This document shows, piece after piece, positions 13,819 through 27,620 of a stretch of DNA of 64,000 bases. The DNA comes from the human T2T-CHM13v2.0 reference genome, Homo sapiens. The stretch is from contig CP086569.2 of NCBI GenBank assembly GCA_009914755.4, positions 27,872,001-27,936,000 of the forward strand, written 5' to 3'. How positions within the stretch are numbered: the first letter of the stretch is position 1; each line of letters opens with the position of its first letter. The translations under genes and the position numbers were made by a program. The notes under the pieces were generated by a model that had not been told where the DNA came from, ran no database searches, and saw only the letters and a list, made by a program, of their open reading frames with translations.

Positions 13819-16576
13819 ATGCCCTTGCATTAAATGGACTGGAATGGAATGGACTCGAACAGAGTGGAATGGAAAGCATTGAAATAGAATGGAATGGACT
13901 CCTTTGGAATGGTCTAGTATGGATGCAATCGACTGGCAGGGAATCAAAAGGAATGTAATCGAATAGATTGGACTGGAATACAATGGACTCGAATAGATTG
14001 GAAACGGAATGCAATGGAATGGAATGGAATAGTATGGAATGGGATGGAATGAAATGGAGTGGAATAGACTAGAGTGGAATGGAATGGACTCGAAAGCAAT
14101 GGACTGGAATGGAACGGTCTTGAATGGACTGGAATCAAACGGAATGGAATGGAATGCAATGCAATCAAATGGAATGGAATAAAATAGAATGAAAGAGAAT
14201 GAAATGGAATTGAATCGAATGGAATCGAATGGATTGGAAAGGAATAGAATGGAATGGAATGGAATTGACTCAAATGGAATGGACTAGAATGGAATGGAGT
14301 CGAATGGAAGGCAAAGGAATGGAATCTATTGGAATGGACTGTAACGGAATGGAATGGAAGGGATTGGAATGGACTCGAATGGAATGAACTGCAATAGAAA
14401 GGATTCGAATGGAATGAAAAAGAATTGAATGGAATAGAAGAGAATGGAATCAAATCGAATGAAATGGAATGGAATAGAAAGGAATGGAATGAAATGGAAT
14501 GGAAAGGATTCGAATGGAATGCAATCGAATGGAATGGAATCGAACGGAATGGAATAAAATGGAGGCAAACTGGCAAGAAATGGAATCGAAATGAATGGAG
14601 TGTTATGGAACGGACTCCAAAGGAATTGAATGTAATAGAATGGAGTGGAGTGGACTCGAATATAATGGACTGGAATGGAATGGAATCACATGGAATGGGA
14701 ACGAATGGAATGGAATGGAAAGGAATGGAATCGAATGGAAGGGAATGAAATTGAATCAACAGGAATGGAAGGGAATAGAATAGACTGTAATGGAATGGAC
14801 TCGAATAGAAAGGACACGAATGCTCAAATTGAATGGACTCGAATGGAATGGAAACGAATGGAATGTCATCGAATGGAATTGAATCGATTGGAATGGAATC
14901 GCATAGAATGGAGAGGAATGAAATGGAATTGAATCGAATGGAAAGGAACCGAATGGACTGAAATGAAATGGAATGTAATTGAATGGAAAGTAATGCAATG
15001 CAATAGAATGGAACGAAATTTCACGGAATGGAATGAAACAGAATGGAATCAAATCAATGGAATATAATGAAATGGAATGGAATGGAATGGAAAGGAATTG
15101 AATGGAATAGATTGGATTGGAAGGGATTGGAATGCAATGGAATGGAAAGGACTCGAATTTCATGAAACGGAATGGAATGAATTGGAATGGAATGGACTCG
15201 AATGGAATGGAATGTCATGGAATGGCATCAAATGGAATGGCATCAAATGGAATGGAATCGAATGCAATGGAATGTTATGGAATGGAATGGAATGTATTGG
15301 AATGGAATGTCCTCTAATGGAATGGATTCGAGTGGAATGGAATCGAATATAATGGAGTCGAATGAAATGGAATTGAAAGGACTGGGATCAAATAGAATGG
15401 AATATACTGGAATGTAATGTAATGAAGTCGAATGTAATTGACTGGAATGGAATGTACATGAATGGAATGCAATCGAATGGAATAGAATCTAATGCAATAA
15501 AACCGACTCAAATGGAATAGAATGTAATGGAATGGAGTGCAGTGCAATGGAATGGAATGGAATGGAATGGAATGGAATGGAATGGGATGGAATGGGATGG
15601 AATGGTATGGAACGGATAATAATGGTCTGGAGGAAATGGACTGGAAAGGAATGGACTCAAATTGAAAGGGCTCGAAAGGAATGGGGTCAAATGTAATGGT
15701 CTGGAATGGAATGAACTCGAATGTAATGCAATCCAATAGAATGGAATCGAATGGAATGGAATATAAATAAATGGAATCGAAGAGAATGGAAACAAATGGA
15801 ATGGAATTGTATGGAATTGAATCGAATCGAATCGAATGTAATTGAACGGAAAAAGTGCAACTGAATAGAATCGAAAACAATGGATTCGACTGGCATCTAA
15901 TAGAATGAAATGGAATGCGGTGAGGTGGAGTGGATTGTAATGGAGTTGAATGGAATGGGGTGTAATTGAATTGAATGGAGTGGAGTGGAGTGAACTGGAG
16001 TGGAATGGAATGGAATGGGCAGGCATGGAATTGAAAGGCGTGGAGTGGAGTGGAATTGAGAGGAGTGGAATGCAGTAGGGTGGATTGTATTGGAGAGTAT
16101 TCGAAAAGAGTGGAGTGGAACGGAATGGAATGGAGTGGAGTGGAATGGAATGGAATTGAGTGAAGTGGAGTGGAGTGGAATGGAGAGTAATGGAGTGGAG
16201 TGGACTTGATTGGAGTAGATAGCAGTGTATTGGACTGTACGGGATAGAAGGGGCTTGGAGTTCCATGGAGTGGAGTGGAATGGAATGGAATGGAGTGGAA
16301 TGGATTGGAATGGACTGGAAAGGAATGGAATGGAATGGATTTAAATGGCAGGGAATCAAATCGAATTGAATCATATTGGAACAATTTGAATCGACTGGAG
16401 GAAAGAAATCGAATGAAATCGAATGGAATGAATGGAAGAGAGTGCAATGTTATAGAATGGAATGGAGACAGATGGAATGGAATGGAACAGAGAGCAATGG
16501 TATAGAATGCAATGGAATCATATGAAATGGAATTGAGTGGAATGGAATAATATGAAATGGAATGGAATGGAATGGA
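13819..16576 (+). repeat. HOR-A unit A6 (2758 bp), homogenised block
   Basis: Anchor to anchor. ORF 13944..14759 is identical to 5670..6485. Confidence 0.85.
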
Positions 16577-19349
16577 ATGCCCTTGCATTAAATGGACTGG
16601 AATGGAATGGACTCGAACAGAGTGGAATGGAAAGCATTGAAATAGAATGGAATGGACTCCTTTGGAATGGTCTAGTATGGATGCAATCGACTGGCAGGGA
16701 ATCAAAAGGAATGTAATCGAATAGATTGGACTGGAATACAATGGACTCGAATAGATTGGAAACGGAATGCAATGGAATGGAATGGAATAGTATGGAATGG
16801 GATGGAATGAAATGGAGTGGAATAGACTAGAGTGGAATGGAATGGACTCGAAAGCAATGGACTGGAATGGAACGGTCTTGAATGGACTGGAATCAAACGG
16901 AATGGAATGGAATGCAATGCAATCAAATGGAATGGAATAAAATAGAATGAAAGAGAATGAAATGGAATTGAATCGAATGGAATCGAATGGATTGGAAAGG
17001 AATAGAATGGAATGGAATGGAATTGACTCAAATGGAATGGACTAGAATGGAATGGAGTCGAATGGAAGGCAAAGGAATGGAATCTATTGGAATGGACTGT
17101 AACGGAATGGAATGGAAGGGATTGGAATGGACTCGAATGGAATGAACTGCAATAGAAAGGATTCGAATGGAATGAAAAAGAATTGAATGGAATAGAAGAG
17201 AATGGAATCAAATCGAATGAAATGGAATGGAATAGAAAGGAATGGAATGAAATGGAATGGAAAGGATTCGAATGGAATGCAATCGAATGGAATGGAATCG
17301 AACGGAATGGAATAAAATGGAGGCAAACTGGCAAGACATGGAATCGAAATGAATGGAGTGTTATGGAACGGACTCCAAAGGAATTGAATGTAATAGAATG
17401 GAGTGGAGTGGACTCGAATATAATGGACTGGAATGGAATGGAATCACATGGAATGGGAACGAATGGAATGGAATGGAAAGGAATGGAATCGAATGGAAGG
17501 GAATGAAATTGAATCAACAGGAATGGAAGGGAATAGAATAGACTGTAATGGAATGGACTCGAATAGAAAGGACACGAATGCTCAAATTGAATGGACTCGA
17601 ATGGAATGGAAACGAATGGAATGTCATCGAATGGAATTGAATCGATTGGAATGGAATCGCATAGAATGGAGAGGAATGAAATGGAATTGAATCGAATGGA
17701 AAGGAACCGAATGGACTGAAATGAAATGGAATGGAATTGAATGCAAAGTAATGCAATGCAATAGAATGGAACGAAATTTCACGGAATGGAATGAAACAGA
17801 ATGGAATCAAATCAATGGAATATAATGAAATGGAATGGAATGGAATGGAAAGGAATTGAATGGAATAGATTGGATTGGAAGGGATTGGAATGCAATGGAA
17901 TGGAAATGACTCGAATTTCATGAAACGGAATGGAATGAATTGGAATGGAATGGACTCGAATGGAATGGAATGTCATGGAATGGCATCAAATGGAATGGCA
18001 TCAAATGGAATGGAATCGAATGCAATGGAATGTTATGGAATGGAATGGAATGTATTGGAATGGAATGTCCTCTAATGGAATGGATTCGAGTGGAATGGAA
18101 TCGAATATAATGGAGTCGAATGAAATGGAATTGAAAGGACTGGGATCAAATAGAATGGAATATACTGGAATGTAATGTAATGAAGTCGAATGTAATTGAC
18201 TGGAATGGAATGTACATGAATGGAATGCAATCGAATGGAATTGAATCTAATGCAATAAAACCGACTCAAATGGAATAGAATGTAATGGAATGGAGTGCAG
18301 TGCAATGGAATGGAATGGGATGGAATGGAATGGAATGGAATGGAATGGAATGGAATGGGATGGAATGGGATGGAATGGTATGGAACGGATAATAATGGTC
18401 TGGAGGAAATGGACTGGAAAGGAATGGACTCAAATTGAAAGGGCTCGAAAGGAATGTGGTCAAATGTAATGGTCTGGAATGGAATGAACTCGAATGTAAT
18501 GCAATCCAATAGATTGGAATCGAATGGAATGGAATATAAAGCAATGGAATCGAAGAGAATGGAAACAAATGGAATGGAATTGTATGGAATTGAATCGAAT
18601 CGAATCGAATGTAATTGAACGGAAAAAATGCAACTGAATAGAATCGAAAACAATGGATTCGACTGGCATCTAATAGAATGAAATGGAATGCGTTGAGGTG
18701 GAGTGGATTGTAATGGAGTTGAATGGAATGGGGTGTAATTGAATTGAATGGGGTGGAATGGAGTGAACTGGAGTGGAATGGAATGGAATGGGCAGGAATG
18801 GAATTGAAAGGCGTGGAGTGGAGTGGAATTGAGAGGAGTGGAATGGAGTAGGGTGGATTGTAGTGGAGAGTATTGGAAAAGAGTGGAGTGGAACGGAATG
18901 GAATGGAGTGGAGTGGAATGGAATGGAATTGAGTGAAGTGGAGTGGAGTGGAATGGAGAGTAATGGAGTGGAGTGGACTTGATTGGAGTAGATAGCAGTG
19001 CATTGGACTGTACGGGATAGAAGTGGCTTGGAGTGCCATGGAGTGGAGTGGAATGGAATGGAATGGAGTGGAATGGATTGGAATGGACTGGAAAGGAATG
19101 GAATGGAATGGATTTAAATGGCAGGGAATCAAATCGAATTGAATCATATTGGAACAAGTTGAATCGACTGGAGGAAAGAAATCGAATGAAATCGAATGGA
19201 ATGAATGGAAGAGAGTGCAATGTTATAGAATGGAATGGAGACAGATGGAATGGAATGGAACAGAGAGCAATGGTATAGAATGCAATGGAATCATATGAAA
19301 TGGAATTGAGTGGAATGGAATAATATGAAATGGAATGGAATGGAATGGA
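16577..19349 (+). repeat. HOR-A unit A7 (2773 bp), homogenised block, +15 bp in pentamer tract
   Basis: Anchor to anchor. There is an extra 'ggaatgggatggaat' run near 18301-18370. Confidence 0.8.
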
Positions 19350-22102
19350 ATGCCCTTGCATTAAATGGACTGGAATGGAATGGACTCGAACAGAGTGGAA
19401 TGGAAAGCATTGAAATAGAATGGAATGGACTCCTTTGGAATGGTCTAGTATGGATGCAATCGACTGGCAGGGAATCAAAAGGAATGTAATCGAATAGATT
19501 GGACTGGAATACAATGGACTCGAATAGATTGGAAACGGAATACAATGGAATGGAATGGAATAGTATGGAATGGAATGGAAAGGAATGGAGTGGAATAGAC
19601 TAGAGTGGAATGGAATGGACTCGAAAGCAATGGACTGGAATGGAACGGTCTTGAATGGACTGAAATCAAACGGAATGGAATGGAATGCAATGCAATCAAA
19701 TGGAATGGAATAAAATAGAATGAAAGAGAATCAAATGGAATTGAATCGAATGGAGTCAAATGGATTGGAAAGGAATAGAATGGAATGGAATGGAATTGAC
19801 TCAAATGGAATGGCCTAGAATGGAATGGAGTCGAATGGAAGGCAAAGGAATGGAATCTATTGGAATGGACTGTAATGGAATGGAATGGAAGGGATTGGAA
19901 TGAACTCGAATGGAATGGACTGCAATAGAAAGGATTCGAATGGAATGAAAAAGAATTGAATGGAATAGAACAGAATGGAATCAAATCGAATGAAATGGAA
20001 TGGAATAGAAAGGAATGGAATGAAATGGAATGGAAAGGATTCGAATGGAATACAATCGAATGGAATGGAATCGAACGGAATGGAATAAAATGGAAGCAAA
20101 CTGGCAAGAAATGGAATCGAAATGAATGGAGTGTCATGGAACGGACTCAAAAGGAATTGAATGTAATAGAATGGAGTGGAGTGGACTCGAATATAATGGA
20201 CTGGAATGGAATGGAATCACATGGAATGGGAACGAATGGAATGGAATGGAAAGGAATGGAATCGAATGGAAGGGAATGAAATTGAATCAACAGGAATGGA
20301 AGGGAATAGAATAGACTGTAATGGAATGGACTCGAATAGAAAGGACACGAATGCTCAAATTGAATGGACTCGAATGGAATGGAAACGAAAGGAATGTCAT
20401 CGAATGGAATTGAATCGATTGGAATGGAATCGCATAGAATGGAGAGGAATCAAATGGAATTGAATCGAATGGAAAGGAACCGAATGGACTGAAATGAAAT
20501 GGAATGCAATTGAATGGAATGTAATGCAATGCAATAGAATGGAACGAAATTTCACGGAATGGAATGAAACAGAATGGAATCAAATCAAAGGAATATAATG
20601 AAATGGAATGGAATGGAATGGAAAGGAATTGAATGGAATAGTTTCGATTGGAAGGGATTGGAATGCAATGGAATTGAAAGGACTCGAATTTCAGGAAACG
20701 GAATGTAATGAATTGGAATGGAATGGACTCGAATGGAATGGAATGTCCTGGAATGGCGTCAAATGGAATGGCATCAAATAGAATGGAATCGAATGCAATG
20801 GAATGTTATGGAATGGAATGGAATGTATTGGAATGGAATGTCCTCTAATGGAATGGATTCGAGTGGAATGGAATCGAATATAATGGTGTCGAATGAAATG
20901 GAATTGAAAGGAATGGGATCGAATAGAATGGAATATACTGGAATGTAATGTAATGAAGTCGAATGTAATTGACTGGAATGGAATGTACATGAATGGAATG
21001 CAATCGAATGGAATAGAATCTAATGCAATAAAACCGACTCAAATGGAATAGAATGTAATGGAATGGAGTGCAGTGCAATGGAATGGAATGGAATGGAATG
21101 GAATGGAATGGAATGGAATGGAATGGAATGGGATGGAATGGTATGGAACGGATAATAATGGTCTGGAGTGAAATGGACTGGAAAGGAATGGACTCTAATT
21201 GAAAGGGCTCGAAAGGAATGGGGTCAAATGTAATGGTCTGGAATGGAATGAACTCGAATGTAATGCAATCCAATAGAATGGAATCGAATGGAATGGAATA
21301 TAAAGCAATGGAATCGAAGAGAATGGAAACAAATGGAATGGAATTGCATGGAATTGTATCGAATCGAATCGAATGTAATTGAACGGAAAAAATGCAACTG
21401 AATAGAATCGAAAACAATGGATTCGACTGGCATCTAATAGAATGAAATGGAATGCGTTGAGGTGGAGTGGATTGTAATGGAGTTGAATGGAATGGGTTGT
21501 AATTGATTTGAATGGGGTGGAGTGGAGTGAACTGGAGTGGAATGGAATGGAATGGGCAGGCATGGAATTGAAAGGCGTGGAGTGGAGTGGAATTGAGAGG
21601 AGTGGAATGGAGTAGGTGGATTGTAGTGGAGAGTATTGGAAAAGAGTGGAGTGGAACGGAATGGAATGGAGTGGAGTGGAATGGAATTTAATTGAGTGAA
21701 GTGGAGTGGAGTGGAATGGAGAGTAATGGAGTGGAGTGGACTTGATTGGAGTAGATAGCAGTGCATTGGACTGTACGGGATAGAAGTGGCTTGGAGTGCC
21801 ATGGAGTGGAGTGGAATGGAATGGAATGGAGTGGAATGGACTGGAAAGGAATGGAATGGAATGGATTTAAATGGTAGGGAATCAAATCGAATTGAATCAT
21901 GTTGGAACAAGTTGAATCGACTGGAGGAAAGAAATCGAATGAAATCGAATGGAATGAATGGAAGAGAGTGCAATGTTATAGAATGGAATGGAGACAGATG
22001 GAATGGAATGGAACAGAGAGCAATGGTATAGAATGCAATGGAATCATATGGAATGGAATTGAATGGAATGGAATAATATGAAATGGAATGGAATGGAATG
22101 GA
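19350..22102 (+). repeat. HOR-A unit A8 (2753 bp), diverged sub-variant
   Basis: Anchor to anchor. Translations differ from A3-A7 at many sites. It contains a one-off GGCC ('tggcctagaatgg' near 19811). Confidence 0.8.
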
Positions 22103-24851
22103 ATGCCCTTGCATTAAATGGACTGGAATGGAATGGACTCGAACAGAGTGGAATGGAAAGCATTGAAATAGAATGGAATGGACTCGTTTGGAATGCTCTA
22201 GTATGGATGCAATCGACTGGCAGGGAATCAAAAGGAATGTAATCGAATAGATTGGACTGGAATAAAATGGACTCGAATGGATTGGAAACGGAATGTAATG
22301 GAATGGAATGGAATAGTATGGAATGGAATGGAAAGGAATGGAGCGGAATAGACTAGAGTGGAATGGAATGGACTCGAAAGCAATGGACTGGAATGGAACG
22401 GTCTTGAATGGACTGGAATCAAACGGAATGGAATGGAATGCAATGCAATCAAATGGAATGGAATAAAATAGAATGAAAGAGAATCAAATGGAATTGAATC
22501 GAATGGAATCGAATGGATTGGAAAGGAATAGAATGGAATGGAATGTAATTGACTCAAATGGAATGGACTAGAATGGAATGGAGTCGAATGGAAGGCAAAG
22601 GAATGGAATCTATTGGAATGGACTTTAATGGAATGGAATGGAAGGGATTGGAATGGACTCGAATGGAATGGACTGCAATAGAAAGGATTCGAATGGAATG
22701 AAAAAGAATTGAATGGAATAGAACAGAATGGAATCAAATCGAATGAAATGGAATGGAATAGAAAGGAATGGAATGAAATGGAATGGAAAGGATTCGAATG
22801 GAATGCAATCGAATGGAATGGAATCGAACGGAATGGAATAAAATGGAAGCAAACTGGCAAGAAATGGAATCGAAATGAATGGAGTGTCATGGAACGGACT
22901 CAAAAGGAATTGAATGTAATAGAATGGAGTGGAGTGGACTCGAATATAATGGACTGGAATGGAATGAAATCACATGGAATGGGAACGAATGGAATGGAAT
23001 GGAAAGGAATGGAATCGAATGGAAGGGAATGAAATTGAATCAACAGGAATGGAAGGGAATAGAATAGACTGTAATGGAATGGACTCGAATAGAAAGGACA
23101 CGAATGCTCAAATTGAATGGACTCGAATGGAATGGAAACGAATGGAATTGAATCGATTGGAATGGAATCGCATAAAATGGAGAGGAATCAAATGGAATTG
23201 AATCGAATGGAAAGGAACCGAATGGACTGAAATGAAATGGAATGCAATTGAATGGAAAGTAATGCAATGCAATAGAATGGAACGAAATTTCACGGAATGG
23301 AATGACACAGAATGGAATCAAATCAAAGGAATATAATGAAATGGAATGGAATGGAATGGAAAGGAATTGAATGGAATAGTTTCGATTGGAAGGGATTGGA
23401 ATGCAATGGAATGGAAAGGACTCGAATTTCATGAAACGGAATGGAATGAATTGGAATGGAATGGACTCGAATGGAATGGCATGTCATGGAATGGCATCAA
23501 ATGGAATGGCATCAAATGGAATGGAATCGAATGCAATGGAATGTTATGGAATGGAATGGAATGTATTGGAATGGAATGTCTTCTAATGGAATGGATTCGA
23601 GTGGAATGGAATCGAATATAATGGAGTCGAATGAAATGGAATTGAAAGGAATGGGATCGAATAGAATGGAATATACTGGAATGTAATGTAATGAAGTCGA
23701 ATGAAATTGACTGGAATGGAATGTACATGAATGGAATGCCATCGAATGGAATAGAATCTAATGCAATAAAACCGACTCAAATGGAATAGAATGTAATGGA
23801 ATGGAGTGCAGTGCAATGGAATGGAATGGAATGGAATGGAATGGAATGGAATGGAATGGAATGGAATGGGATGGAATGGGATGGAATGGTATGGAACGGA
23901 TAATAATGGTCTGGAGTGATATGGACTGGAAAGGAATGGACTCAAATTGAAAGGGCTCGAAAGGAATGGGGTCAAATATAATGGTCTGGAATGGAATGAA
24001 CTCGAATGTAATGCAATCCAATAGAATGGAATCGAATGGAATGGAATATAAAGAAATGGAATCGAAGAGAATGGAAACAAATGGAATGGAATTGTATGGA
24101 ATTGAATCGAATCGAATCGAATGTAATTGAACGGAAAAAATGCAACTGAATAGAATCGAAAACAATGGATTCGACCGGCATCTAATAGAATGAAATGGAA
24201 TGCGTTGAGGTGGAGTGGGTTGTAATGGAGTTGAATGGAATGGGGTGTAATTGAATTGAATGGGGTGGAGTGGGGTGAACTGGAGTGGAATGGAATGGAA
24301 TGGGCAGGCATGGAATTGAAAGGCGTGGAGTGGAGTGGAATTGAGAGGAGTGGAATGGAGTAGGGTGGATTGTAGTGGAGAGTATTGGAAAAGAGTGGAG
24401 TGGAACGGAATGGAATGGAGTGGAGTGGAATGGAATGGAATTGAGTGAAGTGGAGTGGAGTGGAATGGAGAGTAATAGAGTGGAGTGGACTTGATTGGAG
24501 TAGATAGCAGTGCATTGGACTGTACGGGATAGAAGTGGCTTGGAGTGCCATGGAGTGGAGTGGAAAGGAATGGAATGGAGTGGAATGGACTGGAAAGGAA
24601 TGGAATGGAATGGATTTAAATGGCAGGGAATCAAATCGAATTGAATCATATTGGAACAAGTTGAATCGACTGGAGGAAAGAAATCGAATGAAATCGAATG
24701 GAATGAATGGAAGAGAGTGCAATGATATAGAATGGAATGGAGACAGATGGAATGGAATGGAACAGAGAGCAATGGTATAGAATGCAATGGAATCATATGG
24801 AATGGAATTGAATGGAATGGAATAATATGAAACGGAATGGAATGGAGTGGA
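22103..24851 (+). repeat. HOR-A unit A9 (2749 bp), diverged sub-variant
   Basis: Anchor to anchor. It has a long pure (GGAAT)n tract of about 11 copies at about 23811-23870. Confidence 0.8.
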
Positions 24852-27620
24852 ATGCCCTTGCATTAAATGGACTGGAATAGAATGGACTGGTACAGAGTGG
24901 AATGGAAAGGATTGAAATAGAATGGAATGGACTCCTTTGGAATGGTCTAGTATGGATGCAATCGACTGGCAGGGAATCAAAAGGAATGTAATCGAATGGA
25001 TTGGACTGGAATGCAATGGACTCGAATAGATTGGAAACGGAATGCAATGGAATGAAACGGAATAGTATGGAAAGGAATGGAAAGGAATGGAGTGGAATAG
25101 ACTAGAGTGGAATGGAATGGACTCGAAAGCAATGGACTGGAATGGAACGGTCTTGAATGGACTGGAATCAAACGGAATGGAATGGTATGCAATGCAATCA
25201 AATGGAATGGAATAAAATAGAATGAAAGAGAATGAAATGGATTTGAATCGAATGGAATCGAATGGATTGGAAAGGAATAGAATGGAATGGAATGGAATTG
25301 ACTCAAATGGAATGGACTAGAATGGAATGGAGTCGAATGGAAGGCAAAGGAATGGAATCTATTGGAATGGACTGTAATGGAATGGAATGGAAGGGATTGG
25401 AATGGACTCGAATGGAATGGACTGCAATAGAAAGGATTCGAATGGAATGAAAAAGAATTGAATGGAATAGAAGAGAATGGAATCAAATCGAATGAAATGG
25501 AATGGAATAGAAAGGAATGGAATGAAATGGAATGGAAAGGATTTGAATGGAATGCAATCGAACGTAATGCAATCGAATGGAATGGAATCGAACGGAATGG
25601 AATAAAATGGAAGCAAACTGGCAAGAAATGGAATCGAAATGAATGGAGTGTTATGGAACGGACTCCAAAGGAATTGAATGTAATAGAATGGAGTGGAGTG
25701 GACTCGAATACAATGGACTGTAATGGAATGGAATCACATGGAATGGGAACGAATGGAATGGAATGGAAAGGAATGTAATCGAATGGAAGGGAATGAAATT
25801 GAATCAACAGGAATGGAAGGGAATAGAATAGACTGTAATGGAATGGACTCGAATAGAAAGGACACGAATGCTGAAATTGAAAGGACTCGAATGGAATGGA
25901 AACGAAAGGAATGTCATCAAATGGAATTGAATCGATTGGAATGGAATCGCATAGAATGGAGAGGAATGAAATGGAATTGAATCGAATGGACAGGAACCGA
26001 ATGGACTGAAATGAAATGGAATGGAATTGAATGGAAAGTTATGCAATGCAATAGAATGGAACGAAATTTCACGGAATGGAATCAAACAGAATGGAATCAA
26101 ATCAATGGAATATAATCAAATGGAATGGAATGGAACGGAAAGGAATTGAATGGAATAGATTGGATTGGAAGGGATTGGAATGCAATGGAATGGAAAGGAC
26201 TCGAATTTCATGAAACAGAATGGAATGAATTGGAATGGAATGGACTCGAATGGAATGGAATGTCATAGAATGGCATCAAATGGAATGGCATCAAATGGAA
26301 TGGAATCGAATGCAACGGAATCTTATGGAATGGAATGGAATGTATTGGAATGGAATGTCCTCTAATGGAATGGATTCGAGTGGAATGGAATCGAATATAA
26401 TGGAGTCGAATGAAATGGAATTGAAAGGAATGGGATCGAATAGAATGGAATATACTGGAATGTAATGTAATGAAGTCGAATGTAATTGACTGGAATGGAA
26501 TGTACATGAATGGAATGTAATCGAATGGAATAGAATCTAATGCAATAAAACCGACTCAAATGGAATAGAATGTAATGGAATGGAGTGCAGTGCAATGGAA
26601 TGGAATGGAATGGAATGGAATGGAATGGAATGGAATGGAATGGAATGGGATGGAATGGGATGGAATGGTATGGAACGGATAATAATGGTCTGTAGTGAAA
26701 TGGAGTGGAAAGGAATGGACTCAAGTTGAAAGGGCTCGAAAGGAATGGGGTCAAATGTAATGGTCTGGAATGGAATGAACTCGAATGTAATGCAATCCAA
26801 TAGAATGGAATCGAATGGAATGGAATATAAAGAAATGGAATCGAAGAGAATGGAAACAAATGGAATGGAATTGCATGGAATTGAATCGAATCGAATCGAA
26901 TGTAATTGAACGGAAAAAATGCAACTGAATAGAATCGAAAACAATGGATTTGACAGGCATCTAATAGAATGAAATGGAATGCGGTGAGGTGGAGTGGATT
27001 GTAATGGAGTTGAATGGAATGCGGTGTAATTGAATTGAATGGAGTGCAGTGGAGTGAACTGGAGTGGAATGAAATGGAATGGGCAGGCATGGAATTGCAA
27101 GGCGTGGAGTGGAGTGGAATTGAGAGGAGTGGAATGGAGTAGGGTGTATTGTAGTGGAGATTATTGGAAAAGAGTGGAGTGGAACGGAATGGAATGGAGT
27201 GGAGTGGAATGGAATGGAATTGAGTGAAGTGGAGTGGAGTGGAATGGAGAGTAATGGAGTGGAGTGGACTTGATTGGAGTAGATAGCAGTGCATTGGACT
27301 GTACGGGATAGAAGTGGCTTGGAGTGCCATGGAGTGGAGTGGAATGGAATGGAATGGAGAGGAATGGACTGGAAAGGAATGGAATGGAATGGATTTAAAT
27401 GACAGGGATTCAAATCGAATTGAATCATATTGGAACAAGTTGAATCGACTAGAGGAAAGAAATCGAATGAAATCGAATGGAATGAATGCAAGAGAGTGCA
27501 ATGTTATAGAATGGAATGGAGACAGATGGAATGGAATGGAACAGAGAGCAATGGTATAGAATGCAATGGAATCATAAGGAACGGAATTGAATGGAATGGA
27601 ATAATATGAAATGGAATGGA
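24852..27620 (+). repeat. HOR-A unit A10 (2769 bp), diverged sub-variant with 15-bp insertion
   Basis: Anchor to anchor. ORF 24977..25807 is 276 aa versus 271 aa in A1-A7, an extra 'IALRS/IAFHS' pentapeptide that corresponds to a 15-bp insertion. Confidence 0.8.

Noticed and set aside
19808-19816. A single GGCC ('tggcctagaatgg') in array-A unit A8 as evidence that array A is also a HaeIII repeat
   Set aside because: It is a one-off point variant (other A units have 'tggactagaatgg' at the homologous position). It is not periodic and so does not define a restriction ladder.
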